From the NCBI GenBank assembly GCA_902541175.1, contig CACBPP010000002.1, forward strand, positions 14,581 to 78,580: 64,000 nt of DNA. Reading direction: 5' to 3'. Origin of the DNA: an uncultured SAR86 cluster bacterium (lineage in GTDB: Bacteria > Pseudomonadota > Gammaproteobacteria > Magnimaribacterales > D2472). A program made the translations under genes and the position numbers. The notes below the pieces were generated by a model, which did no database searches, was not told where the DNA came from, and worked only from the letters and a program-made list of their open reading frames with translations. Positions 49,591-59,437 of the stretch are shown in pieces (position 1 is the stretch's first letter; every line of letters starts with the position of its first letter).

Positions 49591-51582
49591 ATGAAAAAAC
49601 TACTATCGATTTTAATTTTAGGATCTTTTTTTGCATCAGAAGCTTATTCTGATGAAAAAATACCTGTTCAACACTTCTTTTGCGATTCTGCTATGACTAG
49701 CGGCACTTTATCTCCTAATGGTAAATATTTTGCAGCAATGGTTCCTGCTACTGGAGCCAAATGTTCAATTGAAGACGATGATGATCCTCAAGCTGCAAGA
49801 GTTCTGCTTGTTATTGACCTAGAAACCAACACTCCAAATGTTCTCAGCGGAACAAAAGGTAAGTCAAGGCTTGTTGGATTCCAATGGTTGAATAACTCAA
49901 GAATTGCATTTTATAGACAACCATCGAGAGGTGTAGACACTTATAGTATGTGGGCAATTAATATTGATGGTACAAAGCCAAAACAACTTGTTGCAGGTGA
50001 AGTTGAGGATGGATATTTCACATATGCATCGATTACTGATCTTATGGAAGAAGATGATGAGCATGTATTAATTTCATATAATCAACGAAGACCAAAATAT
50101 AGGGATATTCATAAACTAAATATCTATACTGGCAGAACAACAATAGTTGCTAAAGATCCAGTGATTGACGGACAAACAAGTTTAGGATGGGCTATTGATC
50201 AACAGGGTGTTGTAAGAGGATATTTTGCAGTTAAAGGTTTATATTACTATTTGTATCATAGAAACAGTGAAGATGCTGATTTTGAATTACTGAGAAAGTT
50301 TAAGTTTCAAGAACCGTCCTTTTCTCCTGCTGCTTATTCATATGATCCAAGATATGTTTACATGAGAGGACAAGCTGTTGCTAAAGATGGAACTGTAATT
50401 GATGATTCAAATACAGATGCATTATGGTTATACGATGCTTACGAAGATAAATTTGTTGAAAAAATTTTTGAACACCCAAAATATGATGTCGGAGGAATAG
50501 CGATATCTGAAAAAACAAAAAAACCTGTCTATATTACCTACTATGGCGAAAAGCCAGAAAGAGTTTGGCTTGATGATGAATTAAAGCAAATATACGATAC
50601 CATTGAGGCAAGTTTCCCCAATGACAAAGTAAGTATTGGTAGCTGGACCAAAAATGAAGATAAAGCCATCATTACTACATGGAGTGATACAAATCCTGGT
50701 GAAATGTATTTCTATGACAGGAATAAAGGTAACATTGCATTCATTGCTAAATCTAGACCGTGGATTGATAAAAACAAAATGTCTCCTATGCTGCCAATTT
50801 CATTTGTAGCTAGAGATGGTCTAACGGTTGAAGGATATTTAACAGTTCCAAAAAATTCAAATGGAAAAAACTTGCCATTAATTGTTAATCCGCATGGTGG
50901 TCCAAATGCAAGAGATTATTGGGGATATAATGCAGAACACCAATTTTTAGCATCAAGAGGCTATGCTGTTCTAAGTATGAATTTTAGAGGCTCAACTGGT
51001 TATGGTAGAAAACACGTAAAGGATGCTAACAGACAATGGGGCAGAAAGATGCAGGATGATGTTACTGACTCTGTTAACTGGGCTGTCGAACAAGGTATAG
51101 CTGATCCAGATAATGTATGTATATATGGTGCTAGTTATGGTGGTTATGCTGTCATGGCAGGAATTACAAAAACTCCAGATTTGTACAAATGTGCTGTTAA
51201 CTATGTTGGTGTTACCGATATGGAGCTTCTCTTTAGTGAAAGACCTAAAGTTTGGGAAATTTGGGATGAGCAACAAAAGATAGAGATTGGAGACTATGAG
51301 AATGAAAAAGAATATCTTGATGCTGTTTCACCTATTAAATTAGTTGATAGAATCACTACCCCACTTTACATTGTTCATGGAGTTAGAGATTGGAGAGTAG
51401 ATATTAAACATGCTCAAAAATTGAGAAGAGAATTAGAGAAAAATGGTAAAAAAGAAGGTAAAGACTTTTGGTGGCTAGTTAAAACTGATGAAGGCCATGG
51501 ATTTGTTGGTGAAGCAAACAAAATGGAGCTGTATACAGAACTTGAAGAGTTCTTCGGAAGATACTTAGAACAAAGTAGTTAA
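49591..51582 (+). CDS. secreted S9 family (prolyl oligo/aminoacyl) peptidase
   Basis: Signal peptide, propeller region, PHGGP, NFRGSTGYG, GASYGG nucleophile, HGVRDWRV, EGHGF. Confidence 0.93.
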   Translation: MKKLLSILILGSFFASEAYSDEKIPVQHFFCDSAMTSGTLSPNGKYFAAMVPATGAKCSIEDDDDPQAARVLLVIDLETNTPNVLSGTKGKSRLVGFQWLNNSRIAFYRQPSRGVDTYSMWAINIDGTKPKQLVAGEVEDGYFTYASITDLMEEDDEHVLISYNQRRPKYRDIHKLNIYTGRTTIVAKDPVIDGQTSLGWAIDQQGVVRGYFAVKGLYYYLYHRNSEDADFELLRKFKFQEPSFSPAAYSYDPRYVYMRGQAVAKDGTVIDDSNTDALWLYDAYEDKFVEKIFEHPKYDVGGIAISEKTKKPVYITYYGEKPERVWLDDELKQIYDTIEASFPNDKVSIGSWTKNEDKAIITTWSDTNPGEMYFYDRNKGNIAFIAKSRPWIDKNKMSPMLPISFVARDGLTVEGYLTVPKNSNGKNLPLIVNPHGGPNARDYWGYNAEHQFLASRGYAVLSMNFRGSTGYGRKHVKDANRQWGRKMQDDVTDSVNWAVEQGIADPDNVCIYGASYGGYAVMAGITKTPDLYKCAVNYVGVTDMELLFSERPKVWEIWDEQQKIEIGDYENEKEYLDAVSPIKLVDRITTPLYIVHGVRDWRVDIKHAQKLRRELEKNGKKEGKDFWWLVKTDEGHGFVGEANKMELYTELEEFFGRYLEQSS

Positions 51583-52740
51583 TTAGAAGGATTCTATACC
51601 AGTAAGATTCTTGCCTAATATTAAGCTGTGAATATCACTTGTACCCTCATAGGTGTTCACAGCTTCTAAGTTCATACAATGCCGTATAACATGATATTCG
51701 TCACTAACGCCATTTCCTCCATGAATATCTCTAGACATTCTTGCAACATCAAGACCTTTTTGACAATTATTTCGTTTTACAAGAGAAATCATCTCAGGTT
51801 TGTATCTATCTTCATCAATTAATCTTCCAACTCTAAGACTTCCTTGCAATCCAAGAATAATATCTGTTTGCATGTCAACTAATCTCTTTTGAACAAGCTG
51901 CTTTGAAGCAAGAGGTGCATTAAATTGATCTCTGTTTATAGCGTACTCTAAAGCAGCATCTAAACAAAATTCTGCTGCACCCATTGCACCCCATGAAATA
52001 CCATATCTTGCCATGTTCAAACATGAAAAAGGGCCTTTAAAACTTGAAACCTCTGGAAGAATTTTATCAGCGGGAACAAAAACATCATCCATGAAAATCT
52101 GACCTGTAACTGATGCTCTTAATGAGAACTTTCCTTCAAGTTTTGGAGCATCCAATCCTTTTAAGCCCTTTTCAACTATCAATCCTCTTAAAATTCCCTG
52201 TTCATCTTTAGCCCAAATAATCATGACATCTGCAATAGGAGAGTTAGTTATCCAAGTCTTTGATCCATTTAATAGATAACCTCCATCTACTTCCTTACAA
52301 TTTGTTTTCATTGATCCAGGATCAGAACCAGCATCTGGTTCAGTTAATCCAAAACAACCAATTAAATTACCTTGCGCCATTTCAGGCAGATAATATTTTT
52401 TTTGATCTTCTGATCCAAACTTATATATGGCATGCATTGCAAGAGAAGTTTGAACACTAAAAGCAGATCTGTAGCTAGAGTCTACTCTTTCAATCTCTCT
52501 TGCTATTAATCCATAAGATACATAATTAACACCTGCGCATCCATAACCTTGAATTGGAGCTCCAAGAAAACCTAAAGATCCCATTTCTTTGTATATAGAT
52601 TGATCGAATATTTCATTACGATTGGCTTCCAATATTCTTGGCATCAATTCTGATTGACAATATTCTCTAGCAGACTTCTGAATTATTAACTCTTCATCTG
52701 ATAATTGTTCTTCAAATAGTAGTAGATCGGTATTATTCAT
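51583..52740 (-). CDS. gcdH: glutaryl-CoA dehydrogenase-like acyl-CoA dehydrogenase
   Basis: [51 protein letters not shown]. Confidence 0.88.
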   Translation of the reverse strand: MNNTDLLLFEEQLSDEELIIQKSAREYCQSELMPRILEANRNEIFDQSIYKEMGSLGFLGAPIQGYGCAGVNYVSYGLIAREIERVDSSYRSAFSVQTSLAMHAIYKFGSEDQKKYYLPEMAQGNLIGCFGLTEPDAGSDPGSMKTNCKEVDGGYLLNGSKTWITNSPIADVMIIWAKDEQGILRGLIVEKGLKGLDAPKLEGKFSLRASVTGQIFMDDVFVPADKILPEVSSFKGPFSCLNMARYGISWGAMGAAEFCLDAALEYAINRDQFNAPLASKQLVQKRLVDMQTDIILGLQGSLRVGRLIDEDRYKPEMISLVKRNNCQKGLDVARMSRDIHGGNGVSDEYHVIRHCMNLEAVNTYEGTSDIHSLILGKNLTGIESF

Positions 52741-52976
52741 ATTTTTTCGATCCTAATAATACCAAATCTTGGCTTGGAGAACATAATAGAATTTGAATTA
52801 AGTGATCTTTCAACAATTTCAATCATTTTATTTGAATTTCCACAAATAATAATTAAAGGGATTTCGGATTGATGCTGGTAAATAAAATCAATTACTTCAA
52901 CAAATGCCTCGTTGTGCCTAACGCCATGCAAATCTAAATGAGTAATACCCTTCTCTTCAAAAACATTCATAAACAA
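52737..52976 (-). CDS. stand-alone Smr-like domain protein
   Basis: [14 protein letters not shown]. Confidence 0.7.
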   Translation of the reverse strand: MFMNVFEEKGITHLDLHGVRHNEAFVEVIDFIYQHQSEIPLIIICGNSNKMIEIVERSLNSNSIMFSKPRFGIIRIEKI

Positions 52977-53006
52977 GAAACGAAATTAAAGTTATATAAT
53001 AATTAT

Positions 53007-53588
53007 ATGGCAAAACTTCATTTCTTTTACTCAACAATGAACGCAGGTAAATCTACTGCTCTTCTTCAGTCTAATCATAATTATTTAGAAAGCGGTCTCA
53101 GAACAATGCTTTTTATTCCCGAAGAATTGAAAGAAAAATCAGATAGCAAAATCATATCTAGAATTGGGTTGGAGGCAAAAGCTAAAGTAGTCAATAAAGA
53201 CTATAATTTTTTTTCTGAAATTAATAAAAATTCGCCCAGAGACATTAATTGCATTTTTGTTGATGAAGCACAATTTTTAACAAGAGAACAAGTTAACAAT
53301 CTAGGCAAGGTGTCAGATGAGCTAAATATTCCTGTTATGTGTTATGGAATAAGGACGGATTTTCAAGGAAATCTATTTGAAGGAAGCTCTACTCTACTTG
53401 CAATTGCAGATAATCTGGTTGAATTAAAAACAATATGTAGTGAGTGTGATAAAAAAGCAACTATGGTTGTGCGTCTTGATGAAAATGGAAATGTTTTGTT
53501 AACAGGAGACAAAGTTCTTGTAGGTGGGAACGATATTTATAAGACAGTCTGCCGAAAACATTTTAGGGAATTAACAAATTTAATATAA
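53007..53588 (+). CDS. tdk: thymidine kinase
   Basis: MNAGKST, VDEAQF, YGIRTDF, KTICSEC, VCRKH; start ATG 53007. Confidence 0.95.
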   Translation: MAKLHFFYSTMNAGKSTALLQSNHNYLESGLRTMLFIPEELKEKSDSKIISRIGLEAKAKVVNKDYNFFSEINKNSPRDINCIFVDEAQFLTREQVNNLGKVSDELNIPVMCYGIRTDFQGNLFEGSSTLLAIADNLVELKTICSECDKKATMVVRLDENGNVLLTGDKVLVGGNDIYKTVCRKHFRELTNLI

Positions 53589-53603
53589 CAAGTTGGAGTA
53601 ACA

Positions 53604-54617
53604 ATGGAATATATAAATAAACAATATTTATTAGATAAAAGACCGACAGGAATGCCAAAAGATGATTGTTGGAAAATGAATGACGAGAGAATATCTAAGA
53701 TAAGTAATAACGAAGTTTTGATCGAGGCTAAATACTTGTCAATTGATCCTTACATGAGAGGAAGAATGAATGACTCTAGATCATATGCTGCACCAGCAAA
53801 AATTGGTGAGCCTATGACTGGTGAAACCGCAGGTGTAATTGTTGAAAGTAAATCTAAACTATTTAAAGTTGGTGATAAAGTTTGTGCTCATAAAGGTTGG
53901 CAAACATATATTAAAGCAAAGGATACTGACCCTGCTTTACTAAAAGTTCCTGAGACCGATATTGGATTATCTTCTTTCTTGGGTACTCTAGGAATGCCTG
54001 GAAGAACCGCATACTTTGGATTAAATAGAGTCGGAAAACCTAGATCTGGTGAAACATTAGTTGTTTCTGCAGCTTCTGGAGCTGTTGGAACAGTAGTTGG
54101 TCAGTTAGGTAAAATATATGGTTGTAATGTTATCGGTATTGCTGGCGGTCCAGAAAAATGTGCCTATGTTAAAGATGTTTTAAAGTTTGACGAGTGTATA
54201 GATTACAAATCAGGTAATTTAGATGGAGATCTGAAGGCAGCTTGTTCTAATGGAGTAGACATATATTTTGAAAATGTTGGTGGCCTGGTCTCAAAAGCTG
54301 TTGCACCATTATTAAATAATGGAGCAAGAGTTCCTATTTGTGGCTTCATATCTCAATATAATGAGAAAGACATGATGAATGTTGAAACACCCTTTCATGT
54401 CTTTGGATCACTTAATCCAAAACCTGAACATAGATTCTTTGTTGTAACAGAATGGATGAATGAATGGGAAATGGCCACAGAAGAAATCCTCAAATTAGTA
54501 TCTGAAGATAAAATGAGGTACAGAGAAACTATTACAAAGGGATTTGAGAATGCTCCTCAGGCATTGAGAGATGTATTAACTGGAAAAAATTTCGGAAAAC
54601 AAATTATTGAGATTTAG
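53604..54617 (+). CDS. NADP-dependent oxidoreductase (CurA/PTGR-like MDR)
   Basis: YLSIDPYMRGRM, GMPGRTAYFG, VSAASGAVG, YFENVGG, GKNFGK. Confidence 0.9.
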   Translation: MEYINKQYLLDKRPTGMPKDDCWKMNDERISKISNNEVLIEAKYLSIDPYMRGRMNDSRSYAAPAKIGEPMTGETAGVIVESKSKLFKVGDKVCAHKGWQTYIKAKDTDPALLKVPETDIGLSSFLGTLGMPGRTAYFGLNRVGKPRSGETLVVSAASGAVGTVVGQLGKIYGCNVIGIAGGPEKCAYVKDVLKFDECIDYKSGNLDGDLKAACSNGVDIYFENVGGLVSKAVAPLLNNGARVPICGFISQYNEKDMMNVETPFHVFGSLNPKPEHRFFVVTEWMNEWEMATEEILKLVSEDKMRYRETITKGFENAPQALRDVLTGKNFGKQIIEI

Positions 54618-55396
54618 GAAATATTAATATTGCCCTTCATATATAAAACTGCATTTCCTCCAATTAGAACTCTTTCATCTTTGTTCTCACAGAACAACTC
54701 TCCTCCTCTTGTGGACGCTTGCTTAGCTAAAAGCTTTTTAGATCCAAGTTTATCTGACCAATAAGGTATCAAAGTTGTGTGTGCAGAGCCTGTTACTGGA
54801 TCTTCATTTATACCGTATTTAGGACAAAAATATCTAGACACAAAATCATGATGCAGGCCTGGGGCAGTAACTATTAGTCCTTGTCCAGTAAGATCAAAAA
54901 CTTTCTTAAAATCAGGCTGTAGATTTAAAATTTCCTCTTCGTTCTCATAAACTGCCATTAAATTAATTTGACCTTTGTATGTTTCGGTTGGTTTCAATCC
55001 AATTGCATTACATACAACATCCTCATGATTGGTTTTAATAAATGTATCTTTTGGAAAATCTAATTCAAGAATATTGTCTTTTTTATTTACTATCAACATT
55101 CCACCATTTGATTTAAACTCAATAGTATCTTTTTCAGTATTTATATAATTAAAATATACGAACGCTGACGCTAAAGTTGCATGGCCACAAAGATCTACTT
55201 CTTTGGTTGGAGAAAACCATCTGATAGTATTTTCATTTTTTGAAATATTAATAAATGCTGTCTCTGACAAATTGTTTTCAGCTGCAATATTCTGCATAAG
55301 ATCATCATCACTTAGATTAGTAAATATTACAGCTGCCGGATTTCCGCCAAAGATATTATTTGAAAATGCATCTACGTAATAAATTTCTAAATTCAT
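54614..55396 (-). CDS. PhzF family isomerase
   Basis: VDAF..GGNPAAV, ENNLSETAF, EVDLCGHATLA, EDPVTGSAH. Confidence 0.92.
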   Translation of the reverse strand: MNLEIYYVDAFSNNIFGGNPAAVIFTNLSDDDLMQNIAAENNLSETAFINISKNENTIRWFSPTKEVDLCGHATLASAFVYFNYINTEKDTIEFKSNGGMLIVNKKDNILELDFPKDTFIKTNHEDVVCNAIGLKPTETYKGQINLMAVYENEEEILNLQPDFKKVFDLTGQGLIVTAPGLHHDFVSRYFCPKYGINEDPVTGSAHTTLIPYWSDKLGSKKLLAKQASTRGGELFCENKDERVLIGGNAVLYMKGNINIS

Positions 55397-55485
55397 TCTT
55401 AAATATTAACTTATTTAAATAAAGCTTAGATGGTTTGTATATAATATCAATAATATATATAATATAATATAAGTAATATTTATAT

Positions 55486-56088
55486 ATGCAAATACTAGAC
55501 AAAATTAATAAAGAAAATATATCTGATGCCTTTGCACATTCTATGACAAGGTTTTTCAGAGTTATTGCTGATACATTTTTTGCAAAACGATATGGGCATA
55601 GAGCAGTTGTTCTAGAAACTGTTGCAGGTGTTCCTGGAATGGTTGCTGGTGTTTGGATGCACTTTAAAAGTTTAAGAGCTATGAAGGCTGGTTATGGTGA
55701 ACAAATTAGGGAGATGTTGGCCGAAGCTGAAAATGAAAGAATGCATTTAATGTTTTTTATTGAAATAGCAAAGCCCAATTTTTTTGAAAGAACTATAGTT
55801 CTATTTGCCCAGATTATATTTGGTCTCTTCTACCTATTCATGTATATCTTTTTCACACGAACTGCTCATAGAATGATTGGGTACTTTGAAGATGAAGCAG
55901 TGAAGAGTTATACAGAGTACTTGGAGCTTGTTGAATCAGGAATAGTTGAAAACATTCAGGCACCTGATCTTGCAATTAAATATTATAAGCTTGGTTCAGA
56001 TTCAAAGCTTTCTGACTTAATAAGGTGTGTTAGAGCTGATGAAGAACATCATAGTGAAACAAATCACAAATACGCAGATAAACTATAG
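55486..56088 (+). CDS. aox: alternative oxidase
   Basis: LETVAGVPGMV, EAENERMHL, FEDEAV..Y, RADEEHH diiron ligands. Confidence 0.95.
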   Translation: MQILDKINKENISDAFAHSMTRFFRVIADTFFAKRYGHRAVVLETVAGVPGMVAGVWMHFKSLRAMKAGYGEQIREMLAEAENERMHLMFFIEIAKPNFFERTIVLFAQIIFGLFYLFMYIFFTRTAHRMIGYFEDEAVKSYTEYLELVESGIVENIQAPDLAIKYYKLGSDSKLSDLIRCVRADEEHHSETNHKYADKL

Positions 56089-56862
56089 TTTAATATTATA
56101 AAAATCCTCAACAGTTTCGTGTGCAATTCTCTGTAGGAAATTTTTATCTTTGTCACCGATTTTATTAAAGTAGTTATAGCTAATTTTCATAGGTGATTCT
56201 TGTGTGATACTGGCATAGACCACACAAGCTGCTAAATATGTTCCTAGAAGATTGGGATGAGATCCATCATATTCTTTATGAAGCTTAATGTTTGGATTTA
56301 CATGATATGCATTTTCAAAAGCAATTCCAACAGGCATTACTAAAATATTATTTTTATTACCAACATTAATATACATTTTTTTTATGTCCTCAATCATCTT
56401 AGGATTTGTATTTTCATGAGGTTCTACATATGCATGAATCATATATAACGCAGCTTCAGCTCCTGCTTTATGAATTTTTTCTATCATCTCATTTGCTTTG
56501 TTGGCAAACACTTTTCTTTCTTGAGGAGTATTTGTTTCACCACTTCCACCTTGAAGAATAACTAATTCAAAAGATTTTTCAGCTCCAAGATTGGAGTAAT
56601 TTAACGAGTGATCGATGTTATGATGTATAAGTCTTGAACCACTAATTGTTACCATTTTATAATTGTTTGTATCAACTTCTTTTGAATAATTTTCCTCTAG
56701 CATTCTTCTTACGTGGTTATGCAAGCTATCGTTATAATACAAGTAGCTGTTTCCTATGTATAAAACCCTTTCAGGTGTTTTATTGTTTAAAGATTTAACA
56801 TTTACATCTAATGACAACAAAGTATTAGAAAATAACAATATTGATAGTAGAATAGTTTTCAT
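56083..56862 (-). CDS. secreted SGNH/GDSL hydrolase
   Basis: Signal peptide, IGNSY block I, DGSHPN block V. Confidence 0.8.
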   Translation of the reverse strand: MKTILLSILLFSNTLLSLDVNVKSLNNKTPERVLYIGNSYLYYNDSLHNHVRRMLEENYSKEVDTNNYKMVTISGSRLIHHNIDHSLNYSNLGAEKSFELVILQGGSGETNTPQERKVFANKANEMIEKIHKAGAEAALYMIHAYVEPHENTNPKMIEDIKKMYINVGNKNNILVMPVGIAFENAYHVNPNIKLHKEYDGSHPNLLGTYLAACVVYASITQESPMKISYNYFNKIGDKDKNFLQRIAHETVEDFYNIKL

Positions 56863-56912
56863 AACTAAATTTTAACTCATCGTAAATATTTATGGTTACT
56901 TATATTATATAA

Positions 56913-58391
56913 ATGCATAGAAATGTAATTATTGTCGGAGCTGGGATTTCAGGTATTGCTGCTGGTTATAACCTAAAAAAATCTTGTCCTAACAAATCCT
57001 TTTCTATTTTAGAAGGAAGAGAAAATATTGGAGGTACTTGGGACCTATTTAAATATCCTGGAATAAGATCAGATTCTGACATGCATACACTTGGATTTAG
57101 ATTCAAACCGTGGATACATGATAAATCAATTGCAGATGGACCTTCAATAATGGAATATCTTCATGAGACAGTTAATGAAAACGAATTAAATAATAATATT
57201 CTATTAAATCATAAAGTAACTTCTGCAAATTGGAACTCAGATAGTTCTATCTGGGAACTTGAAGTTAATTTTAATAATGAGATTAAACATATTACATGTA
57301 ATTTTTTGTTCTTATGTGGTGGCTATTACAGCTATACAAAGCCTCACATGCCTAATTTTAAAAATCAAAATAATTTTAAAGGTCAAATAATACATCCACA
57401 ATTTTGGGATGATTCAATTGGGTACCAGAATAAAAAAATAGCAGTTATAGGAAGTGGTGCCACTGCAATTACAATTGTTCCTGCCATTGCTAAAAAAGCT
57501 AATCATGTCTTCATGATTCAAAGATCGCCAACATATGTAGTATCTGGACCAAGTGAAGACGCAATTAACAAATTTTTAAGAAAAATACTTCCAGTGAAAG
57601 TCACATATTTTTTAATAAGATGGAAAAATATCCTTTGGCAAAGTTTTACTTTTTTTATGGCAAGAAAGTATCCTGAAAGAACTAAAAACAAAATATTAGA
57701 TTTAGCAAGAAATGAACTGGGTTCAGATTATGACATTGATAAACACTTTACTCCTTCATACAAACCCTGGGATCAAAGAATATGTTTAGTTCCTGACAGT
57801 GATTTATTTGAAGCTATTAATAATAATAAAGCTACCATCATTACAGATACTATAAATGAATTTCAATCAGATGGAATTCTTCTTAATTCTGGGGAAAAGA
57901 TTGAAGTTGATATCATAATTACAGCAACAGGTATTGAACTTAATTCATTAAATGATATCAATGTAACTATCAATAATATAAAAGTTGATCCTCATGAAAG
58001 ACTCACATACAAAGGTATGATGCTAAGCGGAGTTCCAAATTTTGCAATTTCATTTGGATATGTAAATGCTTCATGGACCCTTAGAGCTGATTTAACCTGT
58101 GAATATGTTTGTAGGTTAATAAATTTAATGGATAAAAAAGGAGTTGAATGCTGCGAACCTATCAATGATGAAAATGCCTATGGTGATGATCAGTTAATTG
58201 ACTTTACATCGGGATATTTTAAGAGAGGACTTCACTTCATGCCAAAACAGGGGAATAAAGCACCATGGAAAAATTACCAAAACTATTTAAAAGATATATT
58301 TGCTGTAAGATTATTTTCAATCAATGATCATAATTTAAGTTTTTATAAATTAAAAAAATCAAACACTAAAAATGAAAAAAGTAATGTCTAA
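56913..58391 (+). CDS. FAD-containing monooxygenase (EthA-like BVMO)
   Basis: GAGISG, GGTWDLFKYPGIRSDSD, FKGQIIHPQFW fingerprint, GSGATA, WDQRICL. Confidence 0.9.
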   Translation: MHRNVIIVGAGISGIAAGYNLKKSCPNKSFSILEGRENIGGTWDLFKYPGIRSDSDMHTLGFRFKPWIHDKSIADGPSIMEYLHETVNENELNNNILLNHKVTSANWNSDSSIWELEVNFNNEIKHITCNFLFLCGGYYSYTKPHMPNFKNQNNFKGQIIHPQFWDDSIGYQNKKIAVIGSGATAITIVPAIAKKANHVFMIQRSPTYVVSGPSEDAINKFLRKILPVKVTYFLIRWKNILWQSFTFFMARKYPERTKNKILDLARNELGSDYDIDKHFTPSYKPWDQRICLVPDSDLFEAINNNKATIITDTINEFQSDGILLNSGEKIEVDIIITATGIELNSLNDINVTINNIKVDPHERLTYKGMMLSGVPNFAISFGYVNASWTLRADLTCEYVCRLINLMDKKGVECCEPINDENAYGDDQLIDFTSGYFKRGLHFMPKQGNKAPWKNYQNYLKDIFAVRLFSINDHNLSFYKLKKSNTKNEKSNV

Positions 58392-58482
58392 ATTATATTC
58401 TGTAGCTGTCGGACTTATAGTGGGGGCTATAATTTATTATTCTCTATGGTTAATATTCCTCTATTTTGAAATTATAAATTAA
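58372..58482 (+). CDS. small single-TM protein (32-36 aa)
   Basis: Hand translation MKKVMSKLYSVAVGLIVGAIIYYSLWLIFLYFEIIN*; overlaps BVMO stop. Confidence 0.4.
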   Translation: MKKVMSKLYSVAVGLIVGAIIYYSLWLIFLYFEIIN

Positions 58483-58499
58483 GAAATGTCCTTTAACTG

Positions 58500-58580
58500 T
58501 TATTTAAAGTTTCTGTAGGTGCCAATGCAAATAAAAACAAGATGTAAGGCTACAACTGCTATTAATAGTAATTCATTCAT
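58500..58580 (-). CDS. small hydrophobic ORF (26 aa)
   Basis: Hand translation MNELLLIAVVALHLVFICIGTYRNFK*; weak SD. Confidence 0.3.
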   Translation of the reverse strand: MNELLLIAVVALHLVFICIGTYRNFK

Positions 58581-58601
58581 CTTTATAAAATTTTATCCAA
58601 T

Positions 58602-58648
58602 AATGGTGGAGCTACGCGGGATCGAACCGCGGACCTCTTGAATGCCAT
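58602..58648 (-). repeat. att site: duplicated 3' half of tRNA-Ala(GGC)
   Basis: Identical to 62463-62509; covers CCA, T arm and the whole anticodon loop, no D arm. Confidence 0.92.
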
Positions 58649-58749
58649 AAGCCTGCTCTCTTCATATTGAAAATACATTGAAAGCTTTAAACCTAGTCAA
58701 AACCACATTTTAATTATAAACAATTGCGAGAGTTGTTAAACATTGCAGA

Positions 58750-58772
58750 TTTTGGTCACCATATGGTCACCA
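58750..58772 (+). repeat. TTTTGGTCACCATATGGTCACCA site, left copy
   Basis: Exact match to 62414-62436; internal TGGTCACCA tandem with 11-bp period. Confidence 0.85.
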
Positions 58773-58967
58773 AGAATCATCATTGATTGTAACTAGTTTA
58801 TGTAAAAGATATTTTTAAAGTGATTTGATTCATCAATCACAATAATCCAGTATGAAAAAAATTCACTTTTACGTAACAAAAAATTTCAGAAAGTTTCCAT
58901 ACTTTCATACAAAAGGAACATGATTGAAGTTCAATAGACGTGCACAAATTAACATTTTTGGATAATT

Positions 58968-59390
58968 ATGAAACATTACATTTTATTTTTTCTAATGATT
59001 TTCTCTTCATTTAGTTATTCACATGAAATAAAGACTGTAATTGTTGAATTAAATGGTATGGACTTTGTAAACGATGATCTAACCTACGGTAATCAAATTC
59101 TTTGGATTCCTGAAATTGATGAGGAGGTTGTTGCATCTGGAAGTGTACAAGGCTTTTTAGCCAGATATAAAAAAGGTGATCTTCCTGACCCTGAAAAAGG
59201 TTTTGATTCAACAGAACAAAGATGGAGCCATTTACCAAATTTAAGTTTGTATTTTGATGAGCCAGCTTTCATATATTTAAGTCATGGCAATGGATATGTG
59301 AGACTTTCCTATCAATCACAAATTAGTATACAAGAAATGATGGATTACACCTCTGGTAGAAAGTTAAAAATAGTTATTCACAAAAACTAA
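58968..59390 (+). CDS. secreted hypothetical protein (islet cargo)
   Basis: Signal peptide MKHYILFFLMIFSSFSYS; no recognised family. Confidence 0.7.
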   Translation: MKHYILFFLMIFSSFSYSHEIKTVIVELNGMDFVNDDLTYGNQILWIPEIDEEVVASGSVQGFLARYKKGDLPDPEKGFDSTEQRWSHLPNLSLYFDEPAFIYLSHGNGYVRLSYQSQISIQEMMDYTSGRKLKIVIHKN

Positions 59391-59437
59391 TATTAAGCTA
59401 AAAACGTTTAAAAAATTTTAACTAATCAAAAATTATG

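Noticed and set aside
58604-58648. Second tRNA-Ala gene
   Set aside because: Only the 3' half is present; no D arm or 5' acceptor strand. It is an att repeat.
58820-58840. Near-palindrome GTGATTTGATTCATCAATCAC in the islet left end
   Set aside because: Single imperfect copy with no counterpart at the right end; cannot assign a function.
58649-58967. Integrase remnant in the islet's left end (including a 23-codon ORF MKKIHFYVTK...)
   Set aside because: No tyrosine-recombinase motifs recognisable by eye in the frames read.
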